A stretch of DNA of 64,000 nt from Methanotrichaceae archaeon. GTDB lineage: Archaea; Halobacteriota; Methanosarcinia; Methanotrichales; Methanotrichaceae. Position numbers and translations under genes: made by a program. Under the pieces are notes generated by a model that did not search any database, was not told the DNA's origin, and was given only the letters and a program-made list of their open reading frames with translations. The stretch lies in NCBI GenBank assembly GCA_963803145.1, contig CAWDLW010000015.1, positions 160,001 to 224,000 of the forward strand, written 5' to 3'. This document shows positions 19,999-28,878 of the stretch, piece by piece. Within the stretch, counting starts at the first letter, position 1, and each line of letters starts with the position of its first letter.

Positions 19999-20484
19999 AT
20001 GGAAGATATGGATTGTAACAAAGACTGCCACAAAGTCTGCCAAAAAGGCTGCCAGGAGTTCTGCACATGGGTAGAAAACATGCCATACCATGTGCATTAC
20101 GTTCTCCCAAAGGAGAAATATCCAAAGCTTCCCGAATGCTTTAGTGAGACTATGCTTGGGGAGATGTTCAACGGCGCAGGGCGGCAGCTTCGTGGGCCTT
20201 ACGGAGCACATGTGCATGAGTTCGAGGACAGGTGGGTCATTCACAGGGATAAGGCCGATGCGGGCGTTGATCCCCTTGGCCATCTGGTCAAGGATGCACC
20301 TGAGTATATCGCTTCCATTGTCCTGAGCGCTTTAGTTGGAGGACTACTGGGCAGACATGGCAGGCAGCAGGCGCTTTTGGCTGCAAGCCTGGCAGGCACA
20401 TTTGCCTTCGTCTCCGGAAAGGTCGTAAAGATGCTTAATGGTGATCCTGCCGAGGGCGAGGGGGATGCCCCAAGGATAAGCTGA
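19999..20484 (+). CDS. Hypothetical membrane protein
   Basis: 161 aa; Cys-periodic N-terminus; HVHEFEDRWVIHRD...DPLGHLVKDAPE; two C-terminal hydrophobic helices. Confidence 0.7.
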   Translation: MEDMDCNKDCHKVCQKGCQEFCTWVENMPYHVHYVLPKEKYPKLPECFSETMLGEMFNGAGRQLRGPYGAHVHEFEDRWVIHRDKADAGVDPLGHLVKDAPEYIASIVLSALVGGLLGRHGRQQALLAASLAGTFAFVSGKVVKMLNGDPAEGEGDAPRIS

Positions 20485-20520
20485 ACTTAAGTTGAACTCG
20501 CGTCAAGTTGTAAAGGGATC

Positions 20521-21168
20521 ATGGCCATCTACGATTATCTGGTTTATTTCCTATATGCGTTCACATCAATATTCGTCATAGTTAACCCCATCGAGGCCAC
20601 GATGGTCTTTATCTCTCTTACAACGGGTATGGAAACAGAAGAGAAGAGGAAGATCTACAAGCATACCACGATAGTAGCCTTTGAGATAGCGTTTATATTC
20701 GCAGTAGGAGGAGATCTCGTCCTGCGGTTCTTCGGCATAACAGTTGATTCGCTGCGTGTGGCAGGCGGCATTCTGCTGTTCTTAGTGGCGCTGGATATGC
20801 TTCGCGGCGGAAGACAGCAAAAGAAGGTCACTGATGCTGAAATGAGAGATGCGAATACCCGAGAAGACATCTCAGTCTTCCCGCTAGCAATGCCGCTTTT
20901 GACAGGCCCAGGTGCAATAACAACAGTAGTCGTATTGATGGGCGCAGCTGCTACCATTCCTGAGAAGGCGATGGTCATTCTTGCCATAACGCTGACATTT
21001 GTATTGGCCTACTTCATTCTCAAGTTCTCGGAGTTCATTGATAGAGCGCTCGGCATCACAGGTATAATGGTCCTGACAAGGATATTGGGGCTGATACTTG
21101 GAGCCATTGCCGTCAATTTCGTGGCTACCGGTACGTGGAACTTATATCAATCGTTTGCACACGGCTAA
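20521..21168 (+). CDS. MarC-family integral membrane protein
   Basis: IVNPI...FFGITVDSLRVAGGILLF...VFPLAMPLLTGPGAIT...RILGLILGAIAV. Confidence 0.92.
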   Translation: MAIYDYLVYFLYAFTSIFVIVNPIEATMVFISLTTGMETEEKRKIYKHTTIVAFEIAFIFAVGGDLVLRFFGITVDSLRVAGGILLFLVALDMLRGGRQQKKVTDAEMRDANTREDISVFPLAMPLLTGPGAITTVVVLMGAAATIPEKAMVILAITLTFVLAYFILKFSEFIDRALGITGIMVLTRILGLILGAIAVNFVATGTWNLYQSFAHG

Positions 21169-21433
21169 AAATCAAATAGCAACTTTTCCATCTACGATTT
21201 TCTTTTGATTTGAAGGGCACTATCGTTTTCTAAAACATTCTCCTGAAGAGGGGTTAGGGGCAATCCGCGTGAGCGTTAGAGCGCGCTAGAATGACCCTTA
21301 GTTTTAGCCCCGGAAGAAGTGTAAAGATAATAACCATTTTCAATCTCGGAGCGCGATTCAATCCCTACCTAAGGAAGAACCATAATGTCTTGCGGTTGAA
21401 TCTTGTTCTTTTGGTAATAACGAAACAAAACTT

Positions 21434-21650
21434 CTAATAATCAAGCAGCGACTTATGCTTCTGCGGCTTTGCATTTGCCGTCTCGCCGAAGCTCATCAGG
21501 CTGTTCCGCTTCATATCCTGGCAGAGCTTTGTTCTATTTATCCCGAAGGTCTCGAATGTTCGGAGCACCGGCGACAAAAGCTGCTTTTCGATGTAGCATT
21601 CCATGTCTATTGAGATGATCTTCTCAAGAACATACTTGCGGTCTTCTGCC
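21434..21650 (-). pseudogene. Diverged duplicate of the last 217 bp of polB (25737-25953)
   Basis: Colinear without indels; about 33 mismatches in 217 bp by hand count; reads AEDRKYVLEKIISIDMECYIEKQLLSPVLRTFETFGINRTKLCQDMKRNSLMSFGETANAKPQKHKSLLDY*. Confidence 0.92.
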
Positions 21651-21847
21651 AGCTAAATTCTGTTATATGCTAAAGCATAGAATGCCTTGCCTGAGTGCTT
21701 CCTGGTCATATCAGCAGTGATAACCGCGTATATGCCCATCTGCAATGATGAGTCTAATAAAACATCCAAGATATCAAAGCATAATTTCATGCTCATAAAA
21801 ATGAATGAGCTGATCCTAAGGTTTGCACACGCCCAAGTAATCTTGGA

Positions 21848-23653
21848 TCAGCCCGTCACAGTAAATTGCTCCTGCAAAAGCCACTGATCATTCACATAGA
21901 CATCTACCGTCCAGTCGCCGCGCGGGTCTGGGGCGGAGTTGGTCCCGTGATATGAGTAGCCTTCCTCCTCAGCACTTCTTTGAGCGTCCCATACATTGCT
22001 CTCGCCCCAATTAAAATCTTGAAGCATGCCAGGAACATCTATAAAATCCCAGACGTTGTAAGACGCATAATAGCCACCGTTCGGATTGGGCGGAATGTTA
22101 TAGGTATGTGTTATTTCATAATTTTTACCGTTATTAGTATATTCTCCGCCTTTCCAATCCCATTCGATTCTAGCAGCTCCAATATTTCCCAGCTGCAACC
22201 AGGAGTAAGGCACCAGAGTATCCTTGATTTTGTCGGTTTTCGTGGTTGTAACTGGCTTGCTGGTAGCCTCATCAATTTCGCTTGCCATGCAATGATCAAG
22301 GAGGGTGAAGGTGCCGAGTATAATACCAGGACCAGGCGTTACATTAGAGCCAATCGTCGCTGTTCCTGAGCCGATTTTCAGATCGAATTGCTCAGTCAGG
22401 CGCTTCTTGCCATTAATGTAGACATCTACATGCCAATTGCCCGACATGTACTGTTCCTTTGGTATATCGGCAATATCTAGACCATACCAGACATTGTAAG
22501 AAGGCCAATAGCCACCATTCGGATTGCGATCGATATCAACTTGACCAGTTTTGTAAGGATTGCCATCTGGAGAATACCAATGCCAAGTTACTGTGGCTCC
22601 TAGAATATGTCCTAAATTCAGCCAAGAATAGATTTTGCTATCAGCACTTGAGAACGTGCTGGTTCTAGTAATCACATTATTGGTAGACTCATCGACGTTG
22701 CTTGCCATACAATGATCAAGAATTTCGATGGAGTATAGGCTTGTCAAGTTTATGCCAGTGGCGTTGGTTTCAGGAACCCATGCAGATTGATCTCCCAGTT
22801 CTCTCGCCGTGGCGTAGGCTATATTTGACTCATTAGCTCTTCCGAGCGCCTTTAGAGCATAGCCTTTGTTAGTCCAGACTATTGAAATATCCGGGGCAAG
22901 CTCAATGGCTTTATCATAAGCCTGGAGAGCCTCCTCATACTTTCCTTGCTTAAAGAGAGCTTCGCCTTTGCTATTCAATGCCTGCCAGTTCTGGAAATTG
23001 TTGGGATCAGAATTGATAGCCTCATCGTAGAAGTGAATGGCTTCGTCATATCTTCCTTCGCCCTTGAGATTATCGCCTTTAGTAATAGCCAGATAGTATC
23101 TGTTTTGATTGTACAGATCCTTGTAAGCGAACTCGTCCGATTTGGTAAGATTATATTGATACTGATTTTCTGGCGTTGCGGCCTTCTGACCTTCTGATAT
23201 CGAAAAATACTCAGTGAGCATCTTCCTGCCATCCAGGAAAACATCTACATGCCAATCACCAGGGCGGTTAGCTGCATTCTTTCCAGCAATATCGATAGAA
23301 GACCAGATATTGTAGGCATTCCAGTAGGATCCGCTTGTTGGCATGGGGATCTCCGCGCTATCCATCTCTAGTATTTGGCCATCTGGAGAGTACCAATTCC
23401 AATGGACCGTACCAGACCCAACATCTCCCAGGCTCAGCCAGGAATATGCTGTGCTATCGTTTACAGAGAACTCTTGGGTTCTGGAGATAACAGCCCTGGA
23501 GGACTCGTCGATGCTAGTAGCCATGCTGTGATCAAGAACAGATACATCGAGAACGCCTTTGCTATCCCAATCAGCTGCTGTTGTCTGACCAAATGCTGGA
23601 GGGGATAGCAGTGCCAGCATAATCAAGATCAAAACGAGCCTGATCCCTTTAAT
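21848..23653 (-). CDS. Secreted TPR protein with three copies of an Ig-like module
   Basis: TPRs (WQALNSKGEALFKQGKYEEALQAYDKAIEL); repeated LDH.MA..DE...YSWL.LG...W.W.SPDG...G.W.VDVY module; track start is TTG 23632, SD suggests ATT 23653. Confidence 0.85.
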   Translation of the reverse strand: MKGIRLVLILIMLALLSPPAFGQTTAADWDSKGVLDVSVLDHSMATSIDESSRAVISRTQEFSVNDSTAYSWLSLGDVGSGTVHWNWYSPDGQILEMDSAEIPMPTSGSYWNAYNIWSSIDIAGKNAANRPGDWHVDVFLDGRKMLTEYFSISEGQKAATPENQYQYNLTKSDEFAYKDLYNQNRYYLAITKGDNLKGEGRYDEAIHFYDEAINSDPNNFQNWQALNSKGEALFKQGKYEEALQAYDKAIELAPDISIVWTNKGYALKALGRANESNIAYATARELGDQSAWVPETNATGINLTSLYSIEILDHCMASNVDESTNNVITRTSTFSSADSKIYSWLNLGHILGATVTWHWYSPDGNPYKTGQVDIDRNPNGGYWPSYNVWYGLDIADIPKEQYMSGNWHVDVYINGKKRLTEQFDLKIGSGTATIGSNVTPGPGIILGTFTLLDHCMASEIDEATSKPVTTTKTDKIKDTLVPYSWLQLGNIGAARIEWDWKGGEYTNNGKNYEITHTYNIPPNPNGGYYASYNVWDFIDVPGMLQDFNWGESNVWDAQRSAEEEGYSYHGTNSAPDPRGDWTVDVYVNDQWLLQEQFTVTG

Positions 23654-23763
23654 GAAGATCCCTCCTTATTCCGCCTATTTGACGAAAATTGTGAAGAGTT
23701 CCCAGCCAATAGGCAATCATGATAATTCATCCTCTTGTTCCATGATATCCCGAGGAGATAAAA

Positions 23764-23791
23764 AGGCTGGGGCAATCTCTCATTTCCCAGC
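23764..23791. terminator. GC-rich hairpin between the two TPR genes
   Basis: ggctggg...cccagcc inverted repeat. Confidence 0.35.
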
Positions 23792-23834
23792 CCTGATTCT
23801 ATTTCCCTTGCAAATCCGGCATCTTATTCGGAAG

Positions 23835-23936
23835 TTTTCCGGATAATTTCAGAGCTTGATCCATATAGCACCATGCATTAGCATCCTGAGGATCGATCTT
23901 TATAGCCAATTCATAAGCCTTGATTGCCTCGTTATG
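23835..23936 (-). pseudogene. Orphan TPR repeat fragment
   Basis: Reverse strand reads HNEAIKAYELAIKIDPQDANAWCYMDQALKLSGK, directly after the stop of 23968-25530. Confidence 0.65.
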
Positions 23937-23967
23937 CGGTCCTTCGCCGCTAGGAAATCACTCTTTC

Positions 23968-25530
23968 TCAGTACCACCATTCATCGTCAATTTCAGGATC
24001 GATCTCTATGGACTTATTGTAAGCGCTAGCCGCTTCATCGTGTTTGCCCAGGTCATCAAGAGCCATGCTTTTTAGGTACCATGCATCCGCATCTTTAGGA
24101 TTAATATCGATAGCCTTGTCGATAGCTTGAATGGCATCATTGTACTTTCTCTGACCATAAAGTGCTTCGCCTTTAAAATACCAGGCATCTGCATCTCGTG
24201 GATTTAGCATAGTGGCATTATCAAAAGCTTGAATGGCCTCATCATACTTGCCCGACTTGCTGAGGTTAAGACCCTGATAAACTAAATTAATTTCGTCTGA
24301 TAATTCTTCTAGTGTCAATTGTTCTTTTTTGGAATTAACCGATTTATTTCCTGATGGCCCTGTTGATTGTTCTCCGGATATGGAGAAATACTCTGTGAAT
24401 GCTTTCTGGCCATTAAGGTAAACATCCACATGCCAATCTCCAGGCAGGTTAGCTGCGTTATCTCCGGCTATATAGATATAAGACCAGACGTTATAAGAAG
24501 GCCAATAGTCACCGCTTGGAGTAGGAATATCAACCGTTTCATTTCTGTAAAGATTGCCGTCGGGAGAATACCACTGCCATTTGACTGTGCCATTTTCAGC
24601 CTTTCCCAGGCTTAACCAGGAGTATGCTTTGCTATCGGTACTGGAGAATGTGTAGGCTCTAGTGATCACATTATTGGTAGATTCATCGACATTGTTTGCC
24701 ATTATGTGATCTTTAACAAAGGTGCTGGATGCGGGAGTTCGGCCAGGTGCTGAACTAGGGTTGATGGCTGCTGCATTGCTCATCGATGCAAAATTGCCGT
24801 ATCCCAGCTCGCTAGCCTTCGCATAGGCTGCCTCCGCCTCTCCGGTTCGGCCCAGCTCCTTTAGAGCATCGCCTTCGCTTGACCAATAAAGCCCTTTGTT
24901 TGGCCTCAGCTGAATAGCCTTCTCGTAAGCCTCCAAAGCCTTATCGTATTTGTTCAGCGCCCAGAAATTATTGCCGATTAAATTCCATGGAGACGCAAAA
25001 TAAGGGTCCGATTTTATGGATTCTTTCAGGATATCCGTGGACTCGTCATACCTTCCAGTATCAGACAGGATCCATCCCTTTCTGTACAGAGCCCAGGCGT
25101 CTTTTGGATTTGCCTTAATTATCTTATCAAGGCTTTCAATAGCTTTAGACTTTGAGGGGTTTTCAAATGCTTTTTCTATCCAATACAATGTTGTGTTCCG
25201 GGCGGTCATATTTTCTGCATCTACCAAACCAGGTGAAACTGACTGGAAGCCAAAGCCCCGCAGGACCATATTGAAACCGTTCTGATAGAGGTCACCGTTA
25301 ACGATAGGCTCTCCGCTGCCCGTATCGATCCCTCTAAAAGTAACATCCTTGGTCAAAACTACGCTCTCATTATAAATCCCGCTGTACACATCAATTGTAT
25401 CATTTGGATGTGCCGCATAAACCACAGCTTGAATGCTTGTGCTGTCGCAACCCCTCAGGCATACAGTCTCATGCGCTGATGCAAATCCTGCTATCAGTAA
25501 GATAACTAGAATTGACAGAATTGGTTTCAA
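23968..25530 (-). CDS. Secreted TPR protein with N-terminal pectin-lyase/NosD-like stub and one Ig-like module
   Basis: GGAGGAG SD and TTG start; signal peptide; SIQAVVYAAHPNDTIDVYSGIYNE; several TPRs (DADAWYFKGEALY); YSWLSLG...WYSPDG...GDWHVDVYLNG. Confidence 0.88.
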   Translation of the reverse strand: MKPILSILVILLIAGFASAHETVCLRGCDSTSIQAVVYAAHPNDTIDVYSGIYNESVVLTKDVTFRGIDTGSGEPIVNGDLYQNGFNMVLRGFGFQSVSPGLVDAENMTARNTTLYWIEKAFENPSKSKAIESLDKIIKANPKDAWALYRKGWILSDTGRYDESTDILKESIKSDPYFASPWNLIGNNFWALNKYDKALEAYEKAIQLRPNKGLYWSSEGDALKELGRTGEAEAAYAKASELGYGNFASMSNAAAINPSSAPGRTPASSTFVKDHIMANNVDESTNNVITRAYTFSSTDSKAYSWLSLGKAENGTVKWQWYSPDGNLYRNETVDIPTPSGDYWPSYNVWSYIYIAGDNAANLPGDWHVDVYLNGQKAFTEYFSISGEQSTGPSGNKSVNSKKEQLTLEELSDEINLVYQGLNLSKSGKYDEAIQAFDNATMLNPRDADAWYFKGEALYGQRKYNDAIQAIDKAIDINPKDADAWYLKSMALDDLGKHDEAASAYNKSIEIDPEIDDEWWY

Positions 25531-25736
25531 TTTTGACTCCTCCTCGCCTCAAATGTTAGCAATTGCAGTTACATAGCTATAAATTTTGGGCCAAAGGTGA
25601 GAATAGCTTAGTTCTTTACTTAATGCGGCATAGAACTTCTTCAAGCGGCTCCCTTCAAACCGAATTCTGGAGGTGTATTAACCTTCCCTCTAATTGAGCA
25701 CAGCCCTGTCTGCCAGCTCAATCCTTTTATACACCA

Positions 25737-28412
25737 CTAAAAATCAAACAGCGACTTCTGCTTCTGCGGCTTTGCCTCTGCAGCCTCGCCGAATCCCATG
25801 AGGCTGCTCTGCTTCACATCCTGGCAGAGCTTTGTTCTATTTATGCCGAAGGTCTCGAATATGCGGAGTACCGGCGGCAAAAGCTGCTTCTCGATGTAGT
25901 ATTCCGTGTCTATGGGAATGTTATTCTCAAGAACGTAACTAGGATCCTCTGCCCTGTCCACAAATAATCCCTTTTTGCGGCTGTTTCCTCTGATGATCAC
26001 AAAGGGCACACGATCGCCAACGCCCGGAACCTGGCCACCTCTCTTCTTGATCTTTTCCACAAGCTGAACATGCGGCTGCTTATTCTTGTATGAGGCCGTG
26101 CCCTTGGTGTACTTCCTGGTCAACGTCAGGTCATCGATAATTCCAGGGTCCTTCTGAAGATCGAGGTTTCTCAGCCTATCAAGTACAGAGATGATATGAT
26201 CCTTCGCCTCCTCAACCTTTCCTTCCTTTAGGACAAGCTCAAGGCAGATCTTCAAAGTCTTGGATGTAAGCTCACACCAGTCTCTCCGTACCGTCTCCAT
26301 GCCACGCACTTTGATTCGGTCCTTCCATCCATCGCCTACGGGCTCAAAGACCCAGAGCGCATACCTCTTCTTCGTCAGGAATATCGCCCTTCTGGCAAAT
26401 GCCTCGAACACAAGCTCCATAGGCTCTGGGAGACTGGCAGTCACCGTCTCGGCGATCTTTTTGCCGATTAGCTCAGCATCCTGCAGAGACACCGCTTCCT
26501 CAGAGGACTTTAGCCTGACAAATACGCTATCTGTATCACCGTAAACTACGGAGAGGTCGAAGCGTCTTGCACCGGATTTTCCAAAATCAAGCTCCTTCTC
26601 AAAGACGACAGTGCCGTCGACTACATAGACTGACCCTATATCATCTATGAGCTGTTTTGTCTTCAGTATGTTATCCCTACCAAAGCTTGTGACTGCATTT
26701 GCGACCGCCAGGCTGTAGAGCCTTGCACGAGCGTAACCCGAGTAGCCATAAAAGCTGTTAAGGAGAATCTTCATAGCATACTGCTTCGCGTCCAGAAAAC
26801 GCCTCTCATCTTCGCTAGCTTTTTTCATGAGCTTCTTTGTGTTCGTTCTCTGATCCAATAGCTCATGGAGCACTCTCGGCATTATACCCGGAAAGACCTC
26901 CGGAGGTACAAACCTGCCGCCTGATGGCGAAGTTATTATACGTCCGGCCGGGATATTCTTTAATTGATCCATATGGCCAATATGATCCTCTGTACTCTTT
27001 CCTGTGATCACAGTAGAGTAGCAGAGGTTATGGGCCATCATAATTGTAGGATACAGCGATTTGTAATCGAGTATGACGACATCTTCTAGCAAGCCCTTTT
27101 CGGGATCGAGCACTGCCCCGCCCTTCAGCTCGTCGTTCTCAATATACCGCTCATCAGAGACCTCAGCATCAGGTTTAGGAGGCACCACCCTGTTTTGCTC
27201 TCTGAACCTTCTTAATAGAAGGCTTTCAACCATCCCGCTCTGGCCGCCGTTCACTATATCCTGCAGGAGAGAGCCGCTTGCACGCGAAAGAGCAATGTAC
27301 TTATCCATCAGCCGCAGCTCTAAAAGAAGCTTCTGGGCGAGGACTGCATCCCTTCGAGAGTAGCTTATGAACCGACGCAGGCCCTCGCCGCCCTCGGCCC
27401 AGAGAGACTCGATCTCCTTCGGATCGACATCATACTTCTCCATCTTGAGAAGCTCTGCTGAAGCGTTCCTCAGAGTGTACTGCTTGAGGCTGAAGGATGA
27501 TCTGATTATCGGCAGGAGATCTACGACCACACGGCCTGTAATTGATACATTGGTTGAGTTGACAATCTTTCTGATATACCATGAGCTGCCCTCTCTGCCA
27601 ACCCGGACGTTGATGTTCAGATTCTTCGCTCTTTCTTCTAAGTAAGGGAAATCGAACTCGTTTGAGTTGTAGCCGGCGAGGATGTCAGGGTCGTAATCTT
27701 TTATGATCGATATAAAGCGGGATAGAAGATCATGCTCGTCATCGCAGGATTCGATATCCTGCCTCTGACAATCTATCCTTTTGCCAACGAGCACAAGATC
27801 TTTCAGGCCATTGTACTCGGGCTCAAATGCCATGCTGATCAGAATGACGGGAGATATATCGGCCTTCGGCATCTCACCCTTGTTCGGCAGACATTCTATA
27901 TCGAAGGACATGTGCCTCAGGGGAGCATTTGCATCGTGCTGCACAGGCGATAATGAATCGAAGTTTACGATGGGCGCCTCATCCTTAACCCACTCTGGCA
28001 GTTTGGCATCGACCCAAGCCATGCCCCCGAGGCCGGAGTCTATCAAAAATCTGTTCCTGAAAAGTATATCGGTCTCATAGACGGCCTTCACCCCCGGAAC
28101 CTCTCGAACGCGTTCCCTGAGAGATCTGACCTCTTTAGGATCTTTGGTTGTGATCTTCAGCATCCTTTTTGGAGAGGTCTGATAGCCTATGGGCTCAAAG
28201 CGCTCGATTGCCTCGACCTCAAGTCCCATCTCACGCAGATCCTCGGCGGCCTGATCTATGCAGCCGTCTTCAACGCCAGCGTAAAAGTAAGGCCTGAAGC
28301 CAGCTACCCTGCAGGTTACGCTTCTGCCTTCATCGGTTTCGCCGAAGAGCTGAACTAACGGCCTCCTTTCAGAATCATAAGTATAGTTGGCATCGAGGAT
28401 CTGGAAGAGCAT
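25737..28412 (-). CDS. polB: Family B DNA polymerase
   Basis: Exo I SFDIE, Exo II YNSNEFDFPYL, DYKSLYPTIM, KILLNSFYGY, YGDTDS, KKRY, C-terminal PIP box QKSLFDF. Confidence 0.97.
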   Translation of the reverse strand: MLFQILDANYTYDSERRPLVQLFGETDEGRSVTCRVAGFRPYFYAGVEDGCIDQAAEDLREMGLEVEAIERFEPIGYQTSPKRMLKITTKDPKEVRSLRERVREVPGVKAVYETDILFRNRFLIDSGLGGMAWVDAKLPEWVKDEAPIVNFDSLSPVQHDANAPLRHMSFDIECLPNKGEMPKADISPVILISMAFEPEYNGLKDLVLVGKRIDCQRQDIESCDDEHDLLSRFISIIKDYDPDILAGYNSNEFDFPYLEERAKNLNINVRVGREGSSWYIRKIVNSTNVSITGRVVVDLLPIIRSSFSLKQYTLRNASAELLKMEKYDVDPKEIESLWAEGGEGLRRFISYSRRDAVLAQKLLLELRLMDKYIALSRASGSLLQDIVNGGQSGMVESLLLRRFREQNRVVPPKPDAEVSDERYIENDELKGGAVLDPEKGLLEDVVILDYKSLYPTIMMAHNLCYSTVITGKSTEDHIGHMDQLKNIPAGRIITSPSGGRFVPPEVFPGIMPRVLHELLDQRTNTKKLMKKASEDERRFLDAKQYAMKILLNSFYGYSGYARARLYSLAVANAVTSFGRDNILKTKQLIDDIGSVYVVDGTVVFEKELDFGKSGARRFDLSVVYGDTDSVFVRLKSSEEAVSLQDAELIGKKIAETVTASLPEPMELVFEAFARRAIFLTKKRYALWVFEPVGDGWKDRIKVRGMETVRRDWCELTSKTLKICLELVLKEGKVEEAKDHIISVLDRLRNLDLQKDPGIIDDLTLTRKYTKGTASYKNKQPHVQLVEKIKKRGGQVPGVGDRVPFVIIRGNSRKKGLFVDRAEDPSYVLENNIPIDTEYYIEKQLLPPVLRIFETFGINRTKLCQDVKQSSLMGFGEAAEAKPQKQKSLFDF

Positions 28413-28613
28413 CGGTTTATAAATACAAATTTTTACTTAAATAACTATCCTACAAGCCCTCATGGATATGGTATGACTCAAATGATCAGGAAGATTCAAA
28501 AAAGAATGGATAGGCCCCAAAGCTTTCTCATCCCCCGAGGAGGTGAGATTATCTCTTATATTCCAGCTCCTTGGAGGAAATCCCTAATTTTCCTTTAGGT
28601 ACAGATTTCTATC

Positions 28614-28745
28614 CTATTTCTTCGGGCTGAACTTTATGGCTCGATCATACACGATTTCTGAGTAGAATGGACCGGTCTTTGTGGAGTTCTCCATGTAGAT
28701 TCTAAAGGTAATTACAATTGGTTGATTCAGCTTTATGCCGTGGGC
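28614..28745 (-). pseudogene. Orphan 3' end homologous to the gene at 33212-34696
   Basis: Reads AHGIKLNQPIVITFRIYMENSTKTGPFYSEIVYDRAIKFSPKK* versus AYGINLDQPLMIAWRIYLEKATKIGPSYSEIMYDRAIKFSPKK*; about 32 mismatches in 132 nt by hand count. Confidence 0.88.
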
Positions 28746-28878
28746 GTTGGGGTTCCTTGCATTGACAAATGCTTCATTTGCTTTATGATGCGACCAAAAG
28801 ATAAGCAGAGGGCACCATAACCTGTGGGATGCCCTCCTATTAAGAATATATCCGGATTTGCTGTATTACTCCTAGATG

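Noticed and set aside
21434-25953. polB tail duplicate as a diversity-generating retroelement TR/VR pair
   Set aside because: Mismatches involve all four bases rather than being adenine-specific, and no reverse transcriptase is present in the window
25737-28412. Intein in PolB (short insertions before YGDTDS and after CYST)
   Set aside because: Insertions are only about 15-25 aa and lack C/S...HN splice motifs
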